From an uncultured virus (IMG/VR IMGVR_UViG_2898099943_000001) (lineage: Duplodnaviria; Heunggongvirae; Uroviricota; Caudoviricetes): 64,000 nucleotides of DNA. The position numbers were made by a program, and so were the translations under genes. Shown here one piece after another: positions 9,515-19,882 of this stretch. The notes under the pieces were generated by a model. It was not told where the DNA came from and searched no databases. It saw nothing but the letters and a program-made list of their open reading frames with translations. The DNA is taken from positions 62,001 through 126,000 of IMG/VR virus record IMGVR_UViG_2898099943_000001; one strand, written 5' to 3'. How positions within the stretch are numbered: the first letter of the stretch is position 1; the number at the start of each line of letters is the position of its first letter.

Positions 9515-11095
9515 CTAATTATGGAATAAAGCGTTTGCAGCACCGTAACCAAAATCTTCACTAAAGTTATGGGCTTGTACTGCTACCTTTTTGTTGTTTT
9601 CTTTATTTGCACTAAAGTTCGCTCCAGACTTGTAAAGAGTAAGAGCAATTTCCTTTTGTACGTCTTCAAATGACATAGCAGAGAAGTTGTTTTGAATACT
9701 TTCGTATGCTTCCTTGCTCATCAATGACTTGGATTTATCCAATTCTTTTTGTTTTTTATCTTTTTCATTGTCAGCTTGATATTGTTCAAGTTCTGCCAAG
9801 CGTGCTTGCAATGCTGCTACTTCTTGACGTTGAGCTTCTACTTTTGCCACTTCTTCAAGTGTTAAGTAAGTTGGAACTACTTCTGTGTATTCACCCAATT
9901 TAACTGAACCATCAGCATTCAATGAGTAGTTATAGTCGTAGTATTTGTCATCTTCGCCCCATGAACGAATGATTGCATGTGTATCAAATACATCAACTAC
10001 AGACGCACAATAATCTGTTGCAGCGTCCACAGCACTTTCAACAGCACCAATTTTATTTCTAAGAGATAATTCAAATTCTGACTTGCCTTTTTCTTTTTCA
10101 TCATCTTCGCTACCCTCATCTTCTGTGTCTTCTGGGTCTTTTTCATCATCTGCAAAGTCTTTCTTTTTCTTACTCTTTGAACCACCACATGAAAAATCCT
10201 CATCATCTTCATCAGTAACGTCTTCTTTTTCATCTTTGTCGTCATCTGATTTAGGTTCTTCTGTGGACATTTCTGCGTGGTCGTCTGTACCAGCGTCAGA
10301 ATCAGCTTTTTCTTCGCCTTCATCTTTGGATTGTGGTTCGGACTTGCCACTAACAGTTGCTTTTGCTGGTTCTTTTTCAGCCGTTTTTTCTTCGTGCTTT
10401 TCTGTGTCTTCAACAACTTCTTCGTTGTTTTTATTCTTGTTGCTTTCAGCCAAGACCATTTCTCCTTTCTGGGCTGCAAATTCAGCCATCATGGTTTTGA
10501 TTGTTTCTTTAATTTCATTTCTTTCAAACTCTGTTGAGATTGTTGAACCTGTCATAGCTGGTGGAACATCATCACCCAAGATACATAAGCCAGCAAACTT
10601 GCCATCTTCAAAAACTACACGTCCTTGATTGTCTATATATCCGTCAGTGTCAATGATTTCCATAGATTGACCTTTAGAACCATTTGAGTTTTCAAACAAT
10701 TCCATAACTTCATCAAATCTAGTCCATAGATAACCATCTGCTACCAACCATTCCTTACCACCTGTTGTTTCAAAGTGAGCATTGTGGTCTTCGCCGATAA
10801 AACCATAAGCATTGGTCTTAAAATTGATTTCTATGTCATGACCGTTCCATGTAATCTCTTTGCCATGTCCTCTAAAATCATCTTCATCATTACCGTTTTT
10901 GCCGATAACACCTAAGATAGGAACATGAGCTAGAGTAGGGCTCATCTTTTCTAATACTTCTTTTGAAAAGACTGAATTATTAAGGTTCTCCCCTGTATGA
11001 GCGATATAGATTTTAACCTTTTGAAATCTGGTATCGGGCTCAACCTCACCAATTTCAAAGTGAGTGGGAAGGTTAATGTTTTTTAATCTAATCAT
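9515..11095 (-). CDS. Prohead protease/scaffold fusion
   Basis: N-terminal IAHTGENLN...QSMEI...GLCILGDDVPPAM; acidic linker; C-terminal coiled coil. Confidence 0.8.
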   Translation of the reverse strand: MIRLKNINLPTHFEIGEVEPDTRFQKVKIYIAHTGENLNNSVFSKEVLEKMSPTLAHVPILGVIGKNGNDEDDFRGHGKEITWNGHDIEINFKTNAYGFIGEDHNAHFETTGGKEWLVADGYLWTRFDEVMELFENSNGSKGQSMEIIDTDGYIDNQGRVVFEDGKFAGLCILGDDVPPAMTGSTISTEFERNEIKETIKTMMAEFAAQKGEMVLAESNKNKNNEEVVEDTEKHEEKTAEKEPAKATVSGKSEPQSKDEGEEKADSDAGTDDHAEMSTEEPKSDDDKDEKEDVTDEDDEDFSCGGSKSKKKKDFADDEKDPEDTEDEGSEDDEKEKGKSEFELSLRNKIGAVESAVDAATDYCASVVDVFDTHAIIRSWGEDDKYYDYNYSLNADGSVKLGEYTEVVPTYLTLEEVAKVEAQRQEVAALQARLAELEQYQADNEKDKKQKELDKSKSLMSKEAYESIQNNFSAMSFEDVQKEIALTLYKSGANFSANKENNKKVAVQAHNFSEDFGYGAANALFHN

Positions 11096-11119
11096 TTCTA
11101 ACTTTCCTTTTCTCCACTA

Positions 11120-12628
11120 TCATTTCTCGCCATCTAACCTATCAGTATCATCAGTCGGATTATCCGTTTCTGGTCTACCTCGACCCTGCTCACTCACTTC
11201 ATTAGCCGAGATTGTGTTAGATGTTGGTTTTACAATCATCAAATCGTCAATACCTAATGCTTGTTGTTCAAAACTTAATTGGGAAACTATTTCAGAAGGT
11301 GAGAAACCATTAGCAGCAAGGTAATTCAAGCGTGAACCACCATAAGACAACTGGTCTTTTTGTAATGCCACATCATCTTTTAAGGTAAAAGTTGTTTGTC
11401 TTACGAACTTAATAGCCCACTTAACCTTACCTTTTGTCTTAACTTGTGCTATTTCACTGTTGTAATAGTTCTCTAATAATGGGAATAGGTTTGTATAAAC
11501 CCAATTTGCGTCTTTTTGAATGGAAGTTTTGACAATGTTGGCACTTGTTGTATCGCCACCGAATAATGGGGCTGGTGTACCAACATCAAAGAATAGTTGC
11601 TCGGTTGATTTTTTAACTGTATCAAGAGCATTTGTATTACCAGAATTGGTTAAAGGAACGTTTTCCAATTTAGTAGGGGTTGTAACATTGACTACACCCT
11701 TTGGAAGTCTTGAACGAATTGCACTGTCGTAAACTTTAGCTTCCTTAGCTGTCATAAGAATACGACCGTCATTATCGACTGGAATTTTAGAATGTAAAAT
11801 ACGAGTGGTGTCAATACCATCTTTAATATCAACATTGTTTTTAGCTTGTGCCACAGACATAATATCTAGTAATACACCAGCAAACGGTGAAACTGCTAAG
11901 CCACCATAATCTAATGCACTAGAGTCAAATGTAAATGCCACGCCTTTTTCTGATACAAAGTAATATCTGTTGTTGTACCAAGAGTTTTCATCAGTTGCAT
12001 TACCGTTTTGATATTGCTCATAAGCTGTTTGTAATTCTTCTGGTAATGTTGTTAAAAAGTCTTGTTTGAATTTTGTGACGTCTATCATAAAGCGATAAAC
12101 ACCATTTTCAATACCACGAATTTTGCACCATTCAATAGGAAACTTCATAAATGATATTCCGTCTGAGTCTTCTATTTTGTAGTAGAAAGTAACTCCTTCT
12201 ATAAGTGTGTCCCTAAAGAATATTGGTGCGTAATACTTGATATTGTATTGTTCTAATGCGTATGCAATATCTATATAATCATTACGCATGTTCACTGTGT
12301 CTATGTCATAGACTTTATTACCTAAGATAGGTTTAATTGCGAAATTGTATGTGGGTAATGATTGATAGTAATCAATTACTTTAGCCAAAACACCATACTT
12401 ATTAACACTATCTCGGATAGTCGCAGCTATCTGTGGTGCATTATCATATGGTCGTTGCAGATAAGTAGCAACGTTACTCTTTTCAGTAGCTCCAGTGGTT
12501 GTAGGTTTTAACCCAGCTTTAGGGTCAGCTACAATATTTGCAAATTCTTCACGTTTTGCTTGGTTAGCTCTAAAATTACGTCTTGGCTTTTTTCTTTGTC
12601 CTCTCACATCTTCACCTACCTTATACAA
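11120..12628 (-). CDS. Portal protein
   Basis: ~500 aa between terminase and protease; C-terminal GRP motif. Confidence 0.8.
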   Translation of the reverse strand: MYKVGEDVRGQRKKPRRNFRANQAKREEFANIVADPKAGLKPTTTGATEKSNVATYLQRPYDNAPQIAATIRDSVNKYGVLAKVIDYYQSLPTYNFAIKPILGNKVYDIDTVNMRNDYIDIAYALEQYNIKYYAPIFFRDTLIEGVTFYYKIEDSDGISFMKFPIEWCKIRGIENGVYRFMIDVTKFKQDFLTTLPEELQTAYEQYQNGNATDENSWYNNRYYFVSEKGVAFTFDSSALDYGGLAVSPFAGVLLDIMSVAQAKNNVDIKDGIDTTRILHSKIPVDNDGRILMTAKEAKVYDSAIRSRLPKGVVNVTTPTKLENVPLTNSGNTNALDTVKKSTEQLFFDVGTPAPLFGGDTTSANIVKTSIQKDANWVYTNLFPLLENYYNSEIAQVKTKGKVKWAIKFVRQTTFTLKDDVALQKDQLSYGGSRLNYLAANGFSPSEIVSQLSFEQQALGIDDLMIVKPTSNTISANEVSEQGRGRPETDNPTDDTDRLDGEK

Positions 12629-14372
12629 ATATAAAATCCAATAAATTACGACTAGCTTCTTCTGCTCTCAAATCTTTTTCCAACTCATTAGCATAGAAGT
12701 TACCGTATGCGATAGAACTATATCTATCTTTTGTTGTTGTACCTACTTCTTTGATACGGATTTTACCTTCACGCACCTCGTATTCTAGGTTAACCAACTC
12801 ATTAACTAGAGCTGTTGCTTGGTTAAATGAATACAATTCTTTTTGTTGCTCCTCTACTGATTTCTTTAAGAAACCACCAGAGTTAACTAAATCTTCACGC
12901 TTTTCAATATGGTTAATTGGTAATCTTAATTTTCCACTTTCAATAGCTGAATTTAGTGATTGAGCAATTTCATTGTTAAATGCTGCGGAAGCCTTAACCG
13001 TATATACAATAGGTAAACCATGTGTTTTTGTACGTTCATTAGTTGCCTCATCGTTCATACTTGCCCAAGCTGGATAATCTTCATCACGTTCTTGGTCGTG
13101 TAAAACTGTTGCACATGCGTCAAAAACACCTAAACCATTTCCGTTTGCGTCCATTACTACATAATCGGCTTGGAAGTCGTTATATAGTTGTTTCAATCTA
13201 ATAGCTAAATTCTGACTGGAGATACTATCGTTAATACTTTCAAGGTAAACAACCTCTCTACGATAACTATCACCATCTCTTATTAATCTGAAACATGTAA
13301 ATGCGGAAGTATCGTTTTTAACGTGTTTATTACCACCCATAAGAGCAATATCCAGTGATATAATTCTTATTTCATCAATATCCCTACGTTTAGGCATATT
13401 TGACAACTTTTTAGGTTGTGATAAGTTCTTATTCTCTAAATATTCACGATTTGTAGGTGGAATAAACGTCTTATTTAATGTTCTAATCTTGTTTAATTTA
13501 TCTAATTTGAAGTAAGCCTTGTCATTTTCACCGACAAATATAGCTTCATATTCCATATCAAAACCGTTTTGGTCGAAACTATCACTGGTTCTTTCATCAT
13601 TAACAATCTGTTTTGTTAACAAACCATGATGTATTGATAACTGATATGGTAAATCTGCTACAAAATATTTGTCTCCTTTGAGCATTTTCTTTAGATATGC
13701 TTGAAACTCGTCCCAAGACCAATGTGATTTCCACCATGCAGATGAAATATAAATCTGCTTGTTTTCTTCTTTTGGATAATCTTTATATTCTGGTAAAGTC
13801 AAATATCTTGGTTGTCTTACTACGTTCAAGAATGGCTTTAAAACCTTATCTAATACTGTTTTGTTAACCATACGGAACTCGTCAACGATTAAGATATTGG
13901 CACGAATACCACGTGAATTATCGTTAGAAGTTACAGCTTGTATCTTAGAACCGTTTTTAAACTTAACGTAGGCTTCATTGTAACTTGTTTTGATATTATC
14001 TCGTCTATTTCCTATTTCAAATCGCAACGCTGCATTTTCGTCATAGAATTTGTCAATCTTTTCGGATATGATTTTTGCAGCCTGTCCTTTTGTACCAGCG
14101 GCAAGTGCAATGTTTGTTCCTGGATATAAAACACAGCGAACAATGCAATACCACGCAATCAAAAAGCTCTTTCCTTGTCCACGTGCTGCGATATACATAA
14201 ATTTATCGTCCTTATTCATCATATAGAATAAGAAACGTTGGAATGGATGCAGATGAGTACCAAAATAGTCTTCCATGAAACGATGTGGGTTTTGTCTATA
14301 AAAACCTATCCATTCAGCGAAATTTTCGGCTTTCTTTTGGAGATAACTACTCTGTTCCCTCATACAATTCAT
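12621..14372 (-). CDS. terL: Terminase large subunit
   Basis: Walker A AARGQGKS, Walker B ILIVDE, nuclease motifs ISLDIA and KDRYSS. Confidence 0.92.
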   Translation of the reverse strand: MNCMREQSSYLQKKAENFAEWIGFYRQNPHRFMEDYFGTHLHPFQRFLFYMMNKDDKFMYIAARGQGKSFLIAWYCIVRCVLYPGTNIALAAGTKGQAAKIISEKIDKFYDENAALRFEIGNRRDNIKTSYNEAYVKFKNGSKIQAVTSNDNSRGIRANILIVDEFRMVNKTVLDKVLKPFLNVVRQPRYLTLPEYKDYPKEENKQIYISSAWWKSHWSWDEFQAYLKKMLKGDKYFVADLPYQLSIHHGLLTKQIVNDERTSDSFDQNGFDMEYEAIFVGENDKAYFKLDKLNKIRTLNKTFIPPTNREYLENKNLSQPKKLSNMPKRRDIDEIRIISLDIALMGGNKHVKNDTSAFTCFRLIRDGDSYRREVVYLESINDSISSQNLAIRLKQLYNDFQADYVVMDANGNGLGVFDACATVLHDQERDEDYPAWASMNDEATNERTKTHGLPIVYTVKASAAFNNEIAQSLNSAIESGKLRLPINHIEKREDLVNSGGFLKKSVEEQQKELYSFNQATALVNELVNLEYEVREGKIRIKEVGTTTKDRYSSIAYGNFYANELEKDLRAEEASRNLLDFIFV

Positions 14373-15135
14373 TCACCTCTTCTTCACTTGCCATACCAAA
14401 GTTGCGTTTGAGTGGGGTGATATACCACTTAGTTAAGTATTCGGCATATCCATCTACGTCTTCATACTCCTTACGAGTAGGAACAGGCTTTGTTGCTTCC
14501 CAGTGTCTAATGCTTTCGCCCACGCTTTCGATTTTATCTTCTTTGGTGTTTAGTACAGCTTCTAATCCCAATGTCTTACAATCATCTTCGTATGCTTTAC
14601 GTAACGCTGGGATAGCCTTCACATCATTTTCTTCAAACGCTCTATCTAAAGCAATCTTTAACTTAACATTGGAGATGTATTTTTCAACCTCAAACTTGGT
14701 TGCTGGTTCTTTAATTGCATAAAGGTTTCGTAGTGATAATTCCAAAACTTCAATTTCACTAGCTTCATAACCTGTACCCCAACGGGCTTTCATTTCATCG
14801 GTTATTACGAATCCTTCTTGTTTATCTTGGTCTTCGTATTCAAAAACGGAACTAGCAAATCCATCCGTCCAAACCTTGCTAATGCGTGATTTGTAAGTAG
14901 ACCATGCTACATTTTTCTTTCCGCTTTCTACCGTATTTTCGTATTTGTCAATCAAGAAAGGCATGTTGAGTAGAAGACACATATCAATAAATGATTGTTT
15001 GTTTTCTAGTTCAACATTTCGATTTGAACAACTTCGACAAACTCCGAAACCATTTTCAGATAAAAGAGTATTGTTGCTATCAATCAAACTCTTTTTATTG
15101 TGGCAGAATACGCATATACCTTCTCTATTCGCCAT
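14347..15135 (-). CDS. Candidate terminase small subunit, Zn-binding
   Basis: CVFC..CRSC N-terminus; overlaps terL start. Confidence 0.55.
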   Translation of the reverse strand: MANREGICVFCHNKKSLIDSNNTLLSENGFGVCRSCSNRNVELENKQSFIDMCLLLNMPFLIDKYENTVESGKKNVAWSTYKSRISKVWTDGFASSVFEYEDQDKQEGFVITDEMKARWGTGYEASEIEVLELSLRNLYAIKEPATKFEVEKYISNVKLKIALDRAFEENDVKAIPALRKAYEDDCKTLGLEAVLNTKEDKIESVGESIRHWEATKPVPTRKEYEDVDGYAEYLTKWYITPLKRNFGMASEEEVNELYEGTE

Positions 15136-15316
15136 CTAAACCACTCTTCTCTCTCATTTCTAGTGTATGTAGTGCATTTACTAGGTTATTCAAAGTTTTT
15201 GCGTATCGTTCTAGGTCTGCCATATCATGAATGTCTAAATCAGTCTTATTTGCTAAAATTGATATTTTATTCATGATTTTCTTAATGTCGCAACGGAGCT
15301 GAATAATTTCTTTCAA
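15125..15316 (-). CDS. Hypothetical protein
   Basis: AAAGGAG RBS; coupled to next gene. Confidence 0.6.
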   Translation of the reverse strand: MKEIIQLRCDIKKIMNKISILANKTDLDIHDMADLERYAKTLNNLVNALHTLEMREKSGLDGE

Positions 15317-15334
15317 ATATCTTCATTCTCCTTT

Positions 15335-15437
15335 CTTCTACGATTTCAAAAACATAGAAGCCAGTTAATTGCTAAGCTGTTTTTATTTAAAAGGAGGTGT
15401 CTTCAACTACTGGTCTATGCTCATGAAATCGCAGAAG
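15335..15437 (-). ncRNA. Long stem-loop with anti-SD loop (CACCTCCTTTT)
   Basis: ~30-bp interrupted stem CTTCTGCGATTTCA...TGAAATCGTAGAAG enclosing the complement of AAAAGGAGGTG. Confidence 0.45.
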
Positions 15438-15558
15438 GACTGCGATATATTAAATATGGCTATGATTTGAACCCTAAACCCTCTCACAGCTCTCACGTTG
15501 GTTTTCTTATCTCATGCTATGCTGTAGCCACAAGATAAAGGAGTATTTTCAAGTATTC

Positions 15559-15837
15559 TTATTTCTTCAACTTTTCAGCTAACTTAACTTTATGACGATA
15601 ACCAGCTGGTACTGTAACAGTTTCACCTGTGAAGCCTAACTTACGTTCATGTTCTTCTTGGTATACTGTTTCAAAAGTTGCAAAACCTGTTAAGCGTAAT
15701 GTCTTGTTTTCCGCTAAAACATCTTTAACACCAGAAATAACGATTTCTAATGCTTCTGCTGCAACTTTCTTTGTAATTTGGTTATCTGCTGCGATTTTTG
15801 CTACAAAATCTGCTTTGTTTAATGTTTCTACTGCCAT
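15559..15837 (-). CDS. HU-family histone-like DNA-binding protein
   Basis: LNKADFVAKIA...LTGFATFE...TGETVTVPA; 92 aa. Confidence 0.88.
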   Translation of the reverse strand: MAVETLNKADFVAKIAADNQITKKVAAEALEIVISGVKDVLAENKTLRLTGFATFETVYQEEHERKLGFTGETVTVPAGYRHKVKLAEKLKK

Positions 15838-16043
15838 AAAATGAACCTCTTTCTCGCTCTCACACTCTCTCGTGAGGCACTTTAATTATTATTGGAAACG
15901 CTTACATTATTGAAAGTAAACGTACCCTCCTTCTATATACTTTGCAAAGTTATGTGTAATATATACACTTTTTTGGGACATTTTTGACAAATTTTTTCAA
16001 AAAAATAGAACAATCACGAAAAATCATGACTATTCTAGGGTTA

Positions 16044-17090
16044 CTATTCCATGTCTGCCTTATATCTTGTCCAAATGACTTGACCGTTTAGAATAAGTTT
16101 CTGGATATCATTAATATTAATCTCATTTTTCCATAGTTTATCTGCTTTGTCAGCTGGTAGGGTGCGAACATTATAGTTTACTAAATCTGACAACCGTTTT
16201 GTTTCAAAATATTGTTGGAAAATTTCTGGGTTGATATTGTTTAAAATCTCCTCTGTGCCTTTATTATTTACGTAGATTATATCCAGCATTGAGCTTTTCT
16301 TTATTTCATTGCGCTTCAACTTGGAATTAATCTCAGAAAACATATTCAAATTTCTCTCAGAGTCAAAACTCAATACGAAATTATCCTTCAAATCTTGATA
16401 TATCTTTTCTTTTAGTTCTTCTATCACGAAACTTGTGTTTTCGTCCAATAATCTATCAACATAATTGTCGACATAGTCTTCATTAACACTCGCAAGCGCT
16501 AAAAGTCTATCAGATGGCTGATAACATTCGCCGAAATACTGCCTAAAAGCGTTATGGCTTTGTTCCATTTCACCATGAACTATTTCGGCAACAGTTCTAT
16601 CCATGATTATTTTCTCAACTTTTTTCTTGTTTTTATAATCCTCTTTCCACTTACCAGCTTTAAACATATCAGCGGCACGCTCTACCGCTTTTCTTTTAAG
16701 CTCGAAGTCGAATTTTCGTGAAATTTCATTTGTCCATTTTACCCAAAAATCATTACTCGTAAATATATCTAATGGTTTAAATACAGTTCTATAATATTCC
16801 ATATATAATACATCTTTTTGGACATTATAGATACCAGCAAAACGCATATTAAGGTTTGTTTTGAGATTGCTAAGATATTCTACGGTAAGAATAGTGTAAA
16901 CGCCATCTACAATTTTTCCTTCATCATCAAGCACTTGCATTTTTAATAATGCCAATATTTCCTCATCATAATCACCTTCATCGAATACAAATGACCTAAT
17001 CATCTCGTCACTTTTTAGGAAATCATGTATACTCTCAGCCATCTTTGCTTCTTTTGCACGTTGTTTTTCAGCTATTTCGTTGCTCATCAC
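16044..17090 (-). CDS. Hypothetical protein
   Basis: 348-aa ORF with AAGGAG RBS. Confidence 0.7.
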   Translation of the reverse strand: MMSNEIAEKQRAKEAKMAESIHDFLKSDEMIRSFVFDEGDYDEEILALLKMQVLDDEGKIVDGVYTILTVEYLSNLKTNLNMRFAGIYNVQKDVLYMEYYRTVFKPLDIFTSNDFWVKWTNEISRKFDFELKRKAVERAADMFKAGKWKEDYKNKKKVEKIIMDRTVAEIVHGEMEQSHNAFRQYFGECYQPSDRLLALASVNEDYVDNYVDRLLDENTSFVIEELKEKIYQDLKDNFVLSFDSERNLNMFSEINSKLKRNEIKKSSMLDIIYVNNKGTEEILNNINPEIFQQYFETKRLSDLVNYNVRTLPADKADKLWKNEININDIQKLILNGQVIWTRYKADME

Positions 17091-17270
17091 TTATACTCCT
17101 TCTATTTTCTTTAGTTTTCGACTTTGTCGCATATTCTATAATTTCCCAAGAACCTAACTATTAACTTTCAAAAATCAGACTTAAATAGTTTTGAGTATAA
17201 TTATACCTAATAGGTAGGTTACGTTATTTTAACAAAGTCTAGCCTTAGTCTCTTTAGAAATTAGAACAAA

Positions 17271-17579
17271 TTATAACTTGTTTTCTTCTCGTAATTTTTT
17301 CATTCTTTCAGAAATTACTTTTCTTTCTTTATCACTCATTTTCTTTCTTATTCCAACATTGCCAACAACATAACCATCTATCATTGCTAATTGACCGCCA
17401 TTAACGCTGTAGCCTTTTCTATGGTTCTTACTTTCATCAATGTATTTTTCATACTTTCTAGCATGTTTCGGAACATCGGTGTAAATATGCCATTGGTCGA
17501 CCTCTTCTTCATAGATTAAAATCGTTTCACGTTCTTCTCTACTTGGAACTTTCCAATCTTTGATGATTTGTTCTGTCAT
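17271..17579 (-). CDS. Hypothetical phage protein
   Basis: 102-aa ORF with AGGTG RBS. Confidence 0.7.
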   Translation of the reverse strand: MTEQIIKDWKVPSREERETILIYEEEVDQWHIYTDVPKHARKYEKYIDESKNHRKGYSVNGGQLAMIDGYVVGNVGIRKKMSDKERKVISERMKKLREENKL

Positions 17580-17602
17580 TTACCACTTATCACCTACCCT
17601 AC

Positions 17603-18259
17603 TTACTGTTTTTCTTGTAGATTTTTCTTAATTTTGTCACATACTCTAGTCAGCTTATTGCTTACTGCTTGTGATGATACATTTAATTCTTTTGAAATAT
17701 CAGCTATCTTATCGTATTTTTTGAATAGAGAAACGAAATCCAAGTCTTTTTCACTAAGACTATCTTTCAAAACATCTTCAAACCATTCAAATGCTGATAG
17801 TAGTTCTTTACTTGTAACCTTTTCAATTTTACCTATGTTCATTATGATTTTTCTGATTTCCATTCTGTCAAGATTATCTGTGTTGAATAATCTATTTAGA
17901 TAACCATTGATACTGGAGTAATCATCTAACACACTGTCCTCAATGGTTTGTTCATTCATCTTCCATTCAGTCAAATCTGTATCAACAGCTGTGTTTTTCC
18001 CCATTGCATATGAACTCTTATAATGTTTTTCATTGCGGTAGAATGTATCTTCAATTTTTCTACCCGAGTCAATGTCTTTGCTTTCCAAAAGGTAGTTGGC
18101 TACATCATCTAAGAAGTTCCCAAAACTTGTGTCAGATATGTTTTCTCCACCTTTAACTTTATTAGTTACCACTTTATTCAATTTATTTACATCAAATGTA
18201 TCTTCTATGTACTTAGCTTTATCAGCGTAAGACTTTAAATCATTATCAAACTTAAAAAT
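17603..18259 (-). CDS. Protein with C-terminal sigma-4-like HTH, candidate late regulator; probable ATT start
   Basis: IADISKELNVSSQAVSNKLTR; frame open upstream of TTG 18181 to TAA 18286; SD AAGGTGG 12 nt before ATT 18259. Confidence 0.6.
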   Translation of the reverse strand: MFKFDNDLKSYADKAKYIEDTFDVNKLNKVVTNKVKGGENISDTSFGNFLDDVANYLLESKDIDSGRKIEDTFYRNEKHYKSSYAMGKNTAVDTDLTEWKMNEQTIEDSVLDDYSSINGYLNRLFNTDNLDRMEIRKIIMNIGKIEKVTSKELLSAFEWFEDVLKDSLSEKDLDFVSLFKKYDKIADISKELNVSSQAVSNKLTRVCDKIKKNLQEKQ

Positions 18260-18296
18260 ACTAGGAACTACCCACCTTATTATTTATTCAGACCAA

Positions 18297-18336
18297 CTAA
18301 AAAAGGACACACTACCGCTATTAGTAATGTGTCCTT
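18297..18336 (-). terminator. Intrinsic terminator in leader of the late-direction transcript
   Basis: AAGGACACA...TGTGTCCTT hairpin plus T-run on minus strand. Confidence 0.6.
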
Positions 18337-18353
18337 ACGCATTTAACACCTTA

Positions 18354-18382
18354 ATTATATCATTATGTGTCGATAAAGTCAA
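18354..18382 (-). promoter_or_regulatory. SigA-type promoter
   Basis: TTGACT-17-TATAAT with TG extension. Confidence 0.7.
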
Positions 18383-18619
18383 GGCATATTCATTGTTTCG
18401 GTATTAAGTTTTAGTTTTTTTGAGAAATTCCACAAATAAAATCTTATATAATATATAGGTAATTATTTGTGGAATTTGAATTACCGTCTAATATACATTC
18501 TAAGACGTCTTAACCGTTTTTAATATAATTATACTTGAAATGATTTAAAACGTCTTAGAAATGATTTTAGGACTACTCTCGAACGTGTTATAGCGTTTAT
18601 ACTCTAGACTCTTAGATTG

Positions 18620-19624
18620 TTATCTTGGTTGCACACTATCTGACATCTGCTGGCAATACTCTTCTGTTATGATATTCTTTGGTTCTTTATTGGGATAGAA
18701 CCTTAAAGCGTCTATTTCATTTAGCTTTGCATACTGATTATATTCTGAATAGATGTAAGTCTCATAAAAGTGCATAAGCCCATCTATATTCCTTAACGCT
18801 GTATAGAATACAACTTCTTCATATCTTTGAGTAGAAACATGCTGGTAGTCATAGATATGAATAGTGGCTATGAGCCTGTTCTCTTCAAGCCAATCGAGAG
18901 CTTTATTTATCTTTTGATTTGAATATTCTGTAATATTTTTATCGTCATCTGGTTTGTTTGGTGGAATTGATTTGATAGTTGTGATTGTGGCAGCTGATAA
19001 TGAACGAATTGAACGTGGTGCAATGACAATACCGTTTGTACTGCCATTGAATTTCTTAGTATTTTCAGAATAGTTAGTAGAAATCATTAGCATGTAAGTG
19101 CCTAGAGCCTCAATATATTTATTATGTCTAGTCTTTCTCATAATCATGGTGGCTGTTATTCTTTCCATGTCTATGTGAGCGATATAGGCATACCTTTCTT
19201 CAACAAATGGTATCTTAACCTTGTTTGATACGAATTTGATTAAACCTTCTTTTTCTAAATTGTCAATACTGTTATCTATTTTGGTGGATATTCTTAAATC
19301 AGAAGGTGATTTTCTAAACACATGCTTTAGTCGTGTTGCTAAATCTTTTTTAGTTGTTATGTCAATCCAGTTAGTATTCATACTGGTTCTATTAACAATA
19401 CTATTGATTAAGACATAAACCCCTAAGTCAAATAGGGTTATGTCATAATTACTGTATTGTAATTTAGGTACTTTAAAGTAACTACCTTTACCTTCATAAC
19501 TCTCTTCAAAATTCAAATTGTCGAAGAGAGTTTTATATTTATTCTTTACTAATTGAGTGGAGTATTCCTTATACCCTGGAGTATTAGGAGTAATAGTAAT
19601 AGTATTATATATATTATTATTCAT
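18620..19624 (-). CDS. Putative winged-helix DNA-binding protein (paralogue of next gene)
   Basis: DLGVYVLIN, LEKEGLIK, EALGTY motifs shared with 19883-20788. Confidence 0.55.
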   Translation of the reverse strand: MNNNIYNTITITPNTPGYKEYSTQLVKNKYKTLFDNLNFEESYEGKGSYFKVPKLQYSNYDITLFDLGVYVLINSIVNRTSMNTNWIDITTKKDLATRLKHVFRKSPSDLRISTKIDNSIDNLEKEGLIKFVSNKVKIPFVEERYAYIAHIDMERITATMIMRKTRHNKYIEALGTYMLMISTNYSENTKKFNGSTNGIVIAPRSIRSLSAATITTIKSIPPNKPDDDKNITEYSNQKINKALDWLEENRLIATIHIYDYQHVSTQRYEEVVFYTALRNIDGLMHFYETYIYSEYNQYAKLNEIDALRFYPNKEPKNIITEEYCQQMSDSVQPR

Positions 19625-19882
19625 ATAGTATAACTACCCTCTCTCTTAATCTAATAATAGGCAACCTTTAGGTTCTTATATCTAGTATTTATTCTATTAC
19701 TTTCTCTATCGGCTTTAAAAACCCAGTGTTTTCAACGGTTCTAGCGATTTTACGCTATAAAGATGTGCAATTTTTTGGACATTTCACTATAACATAGCGA
19801 GCGAAATAAAATAAATGTACCTTTTATTTCCTACAAAATTTTCAAAAATTAAAAACATGCCCCTATATTGAACCAACTATTT

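Noticed and set aside
231..15230. Plus-strand ORFs opposite the structural genes (e.g. 1779, 8425, 10083, 14285)
   Set aside because: Antisense shadows of well-supported minus-strand genes; no RBS, low-complexity translations
15457..15531. Possible minus-strand tRNA-like element (TGGCTA...GTTCAAATC..TAGCCA)
   Set aside because: No proper T-stem around the loop; cloverleaf could not be built
18497..18562. Imperfect inverted repeat centred on TATAATTATA
   Set aside because: Real palindrome, but no T-tract or other evidence to assign a function
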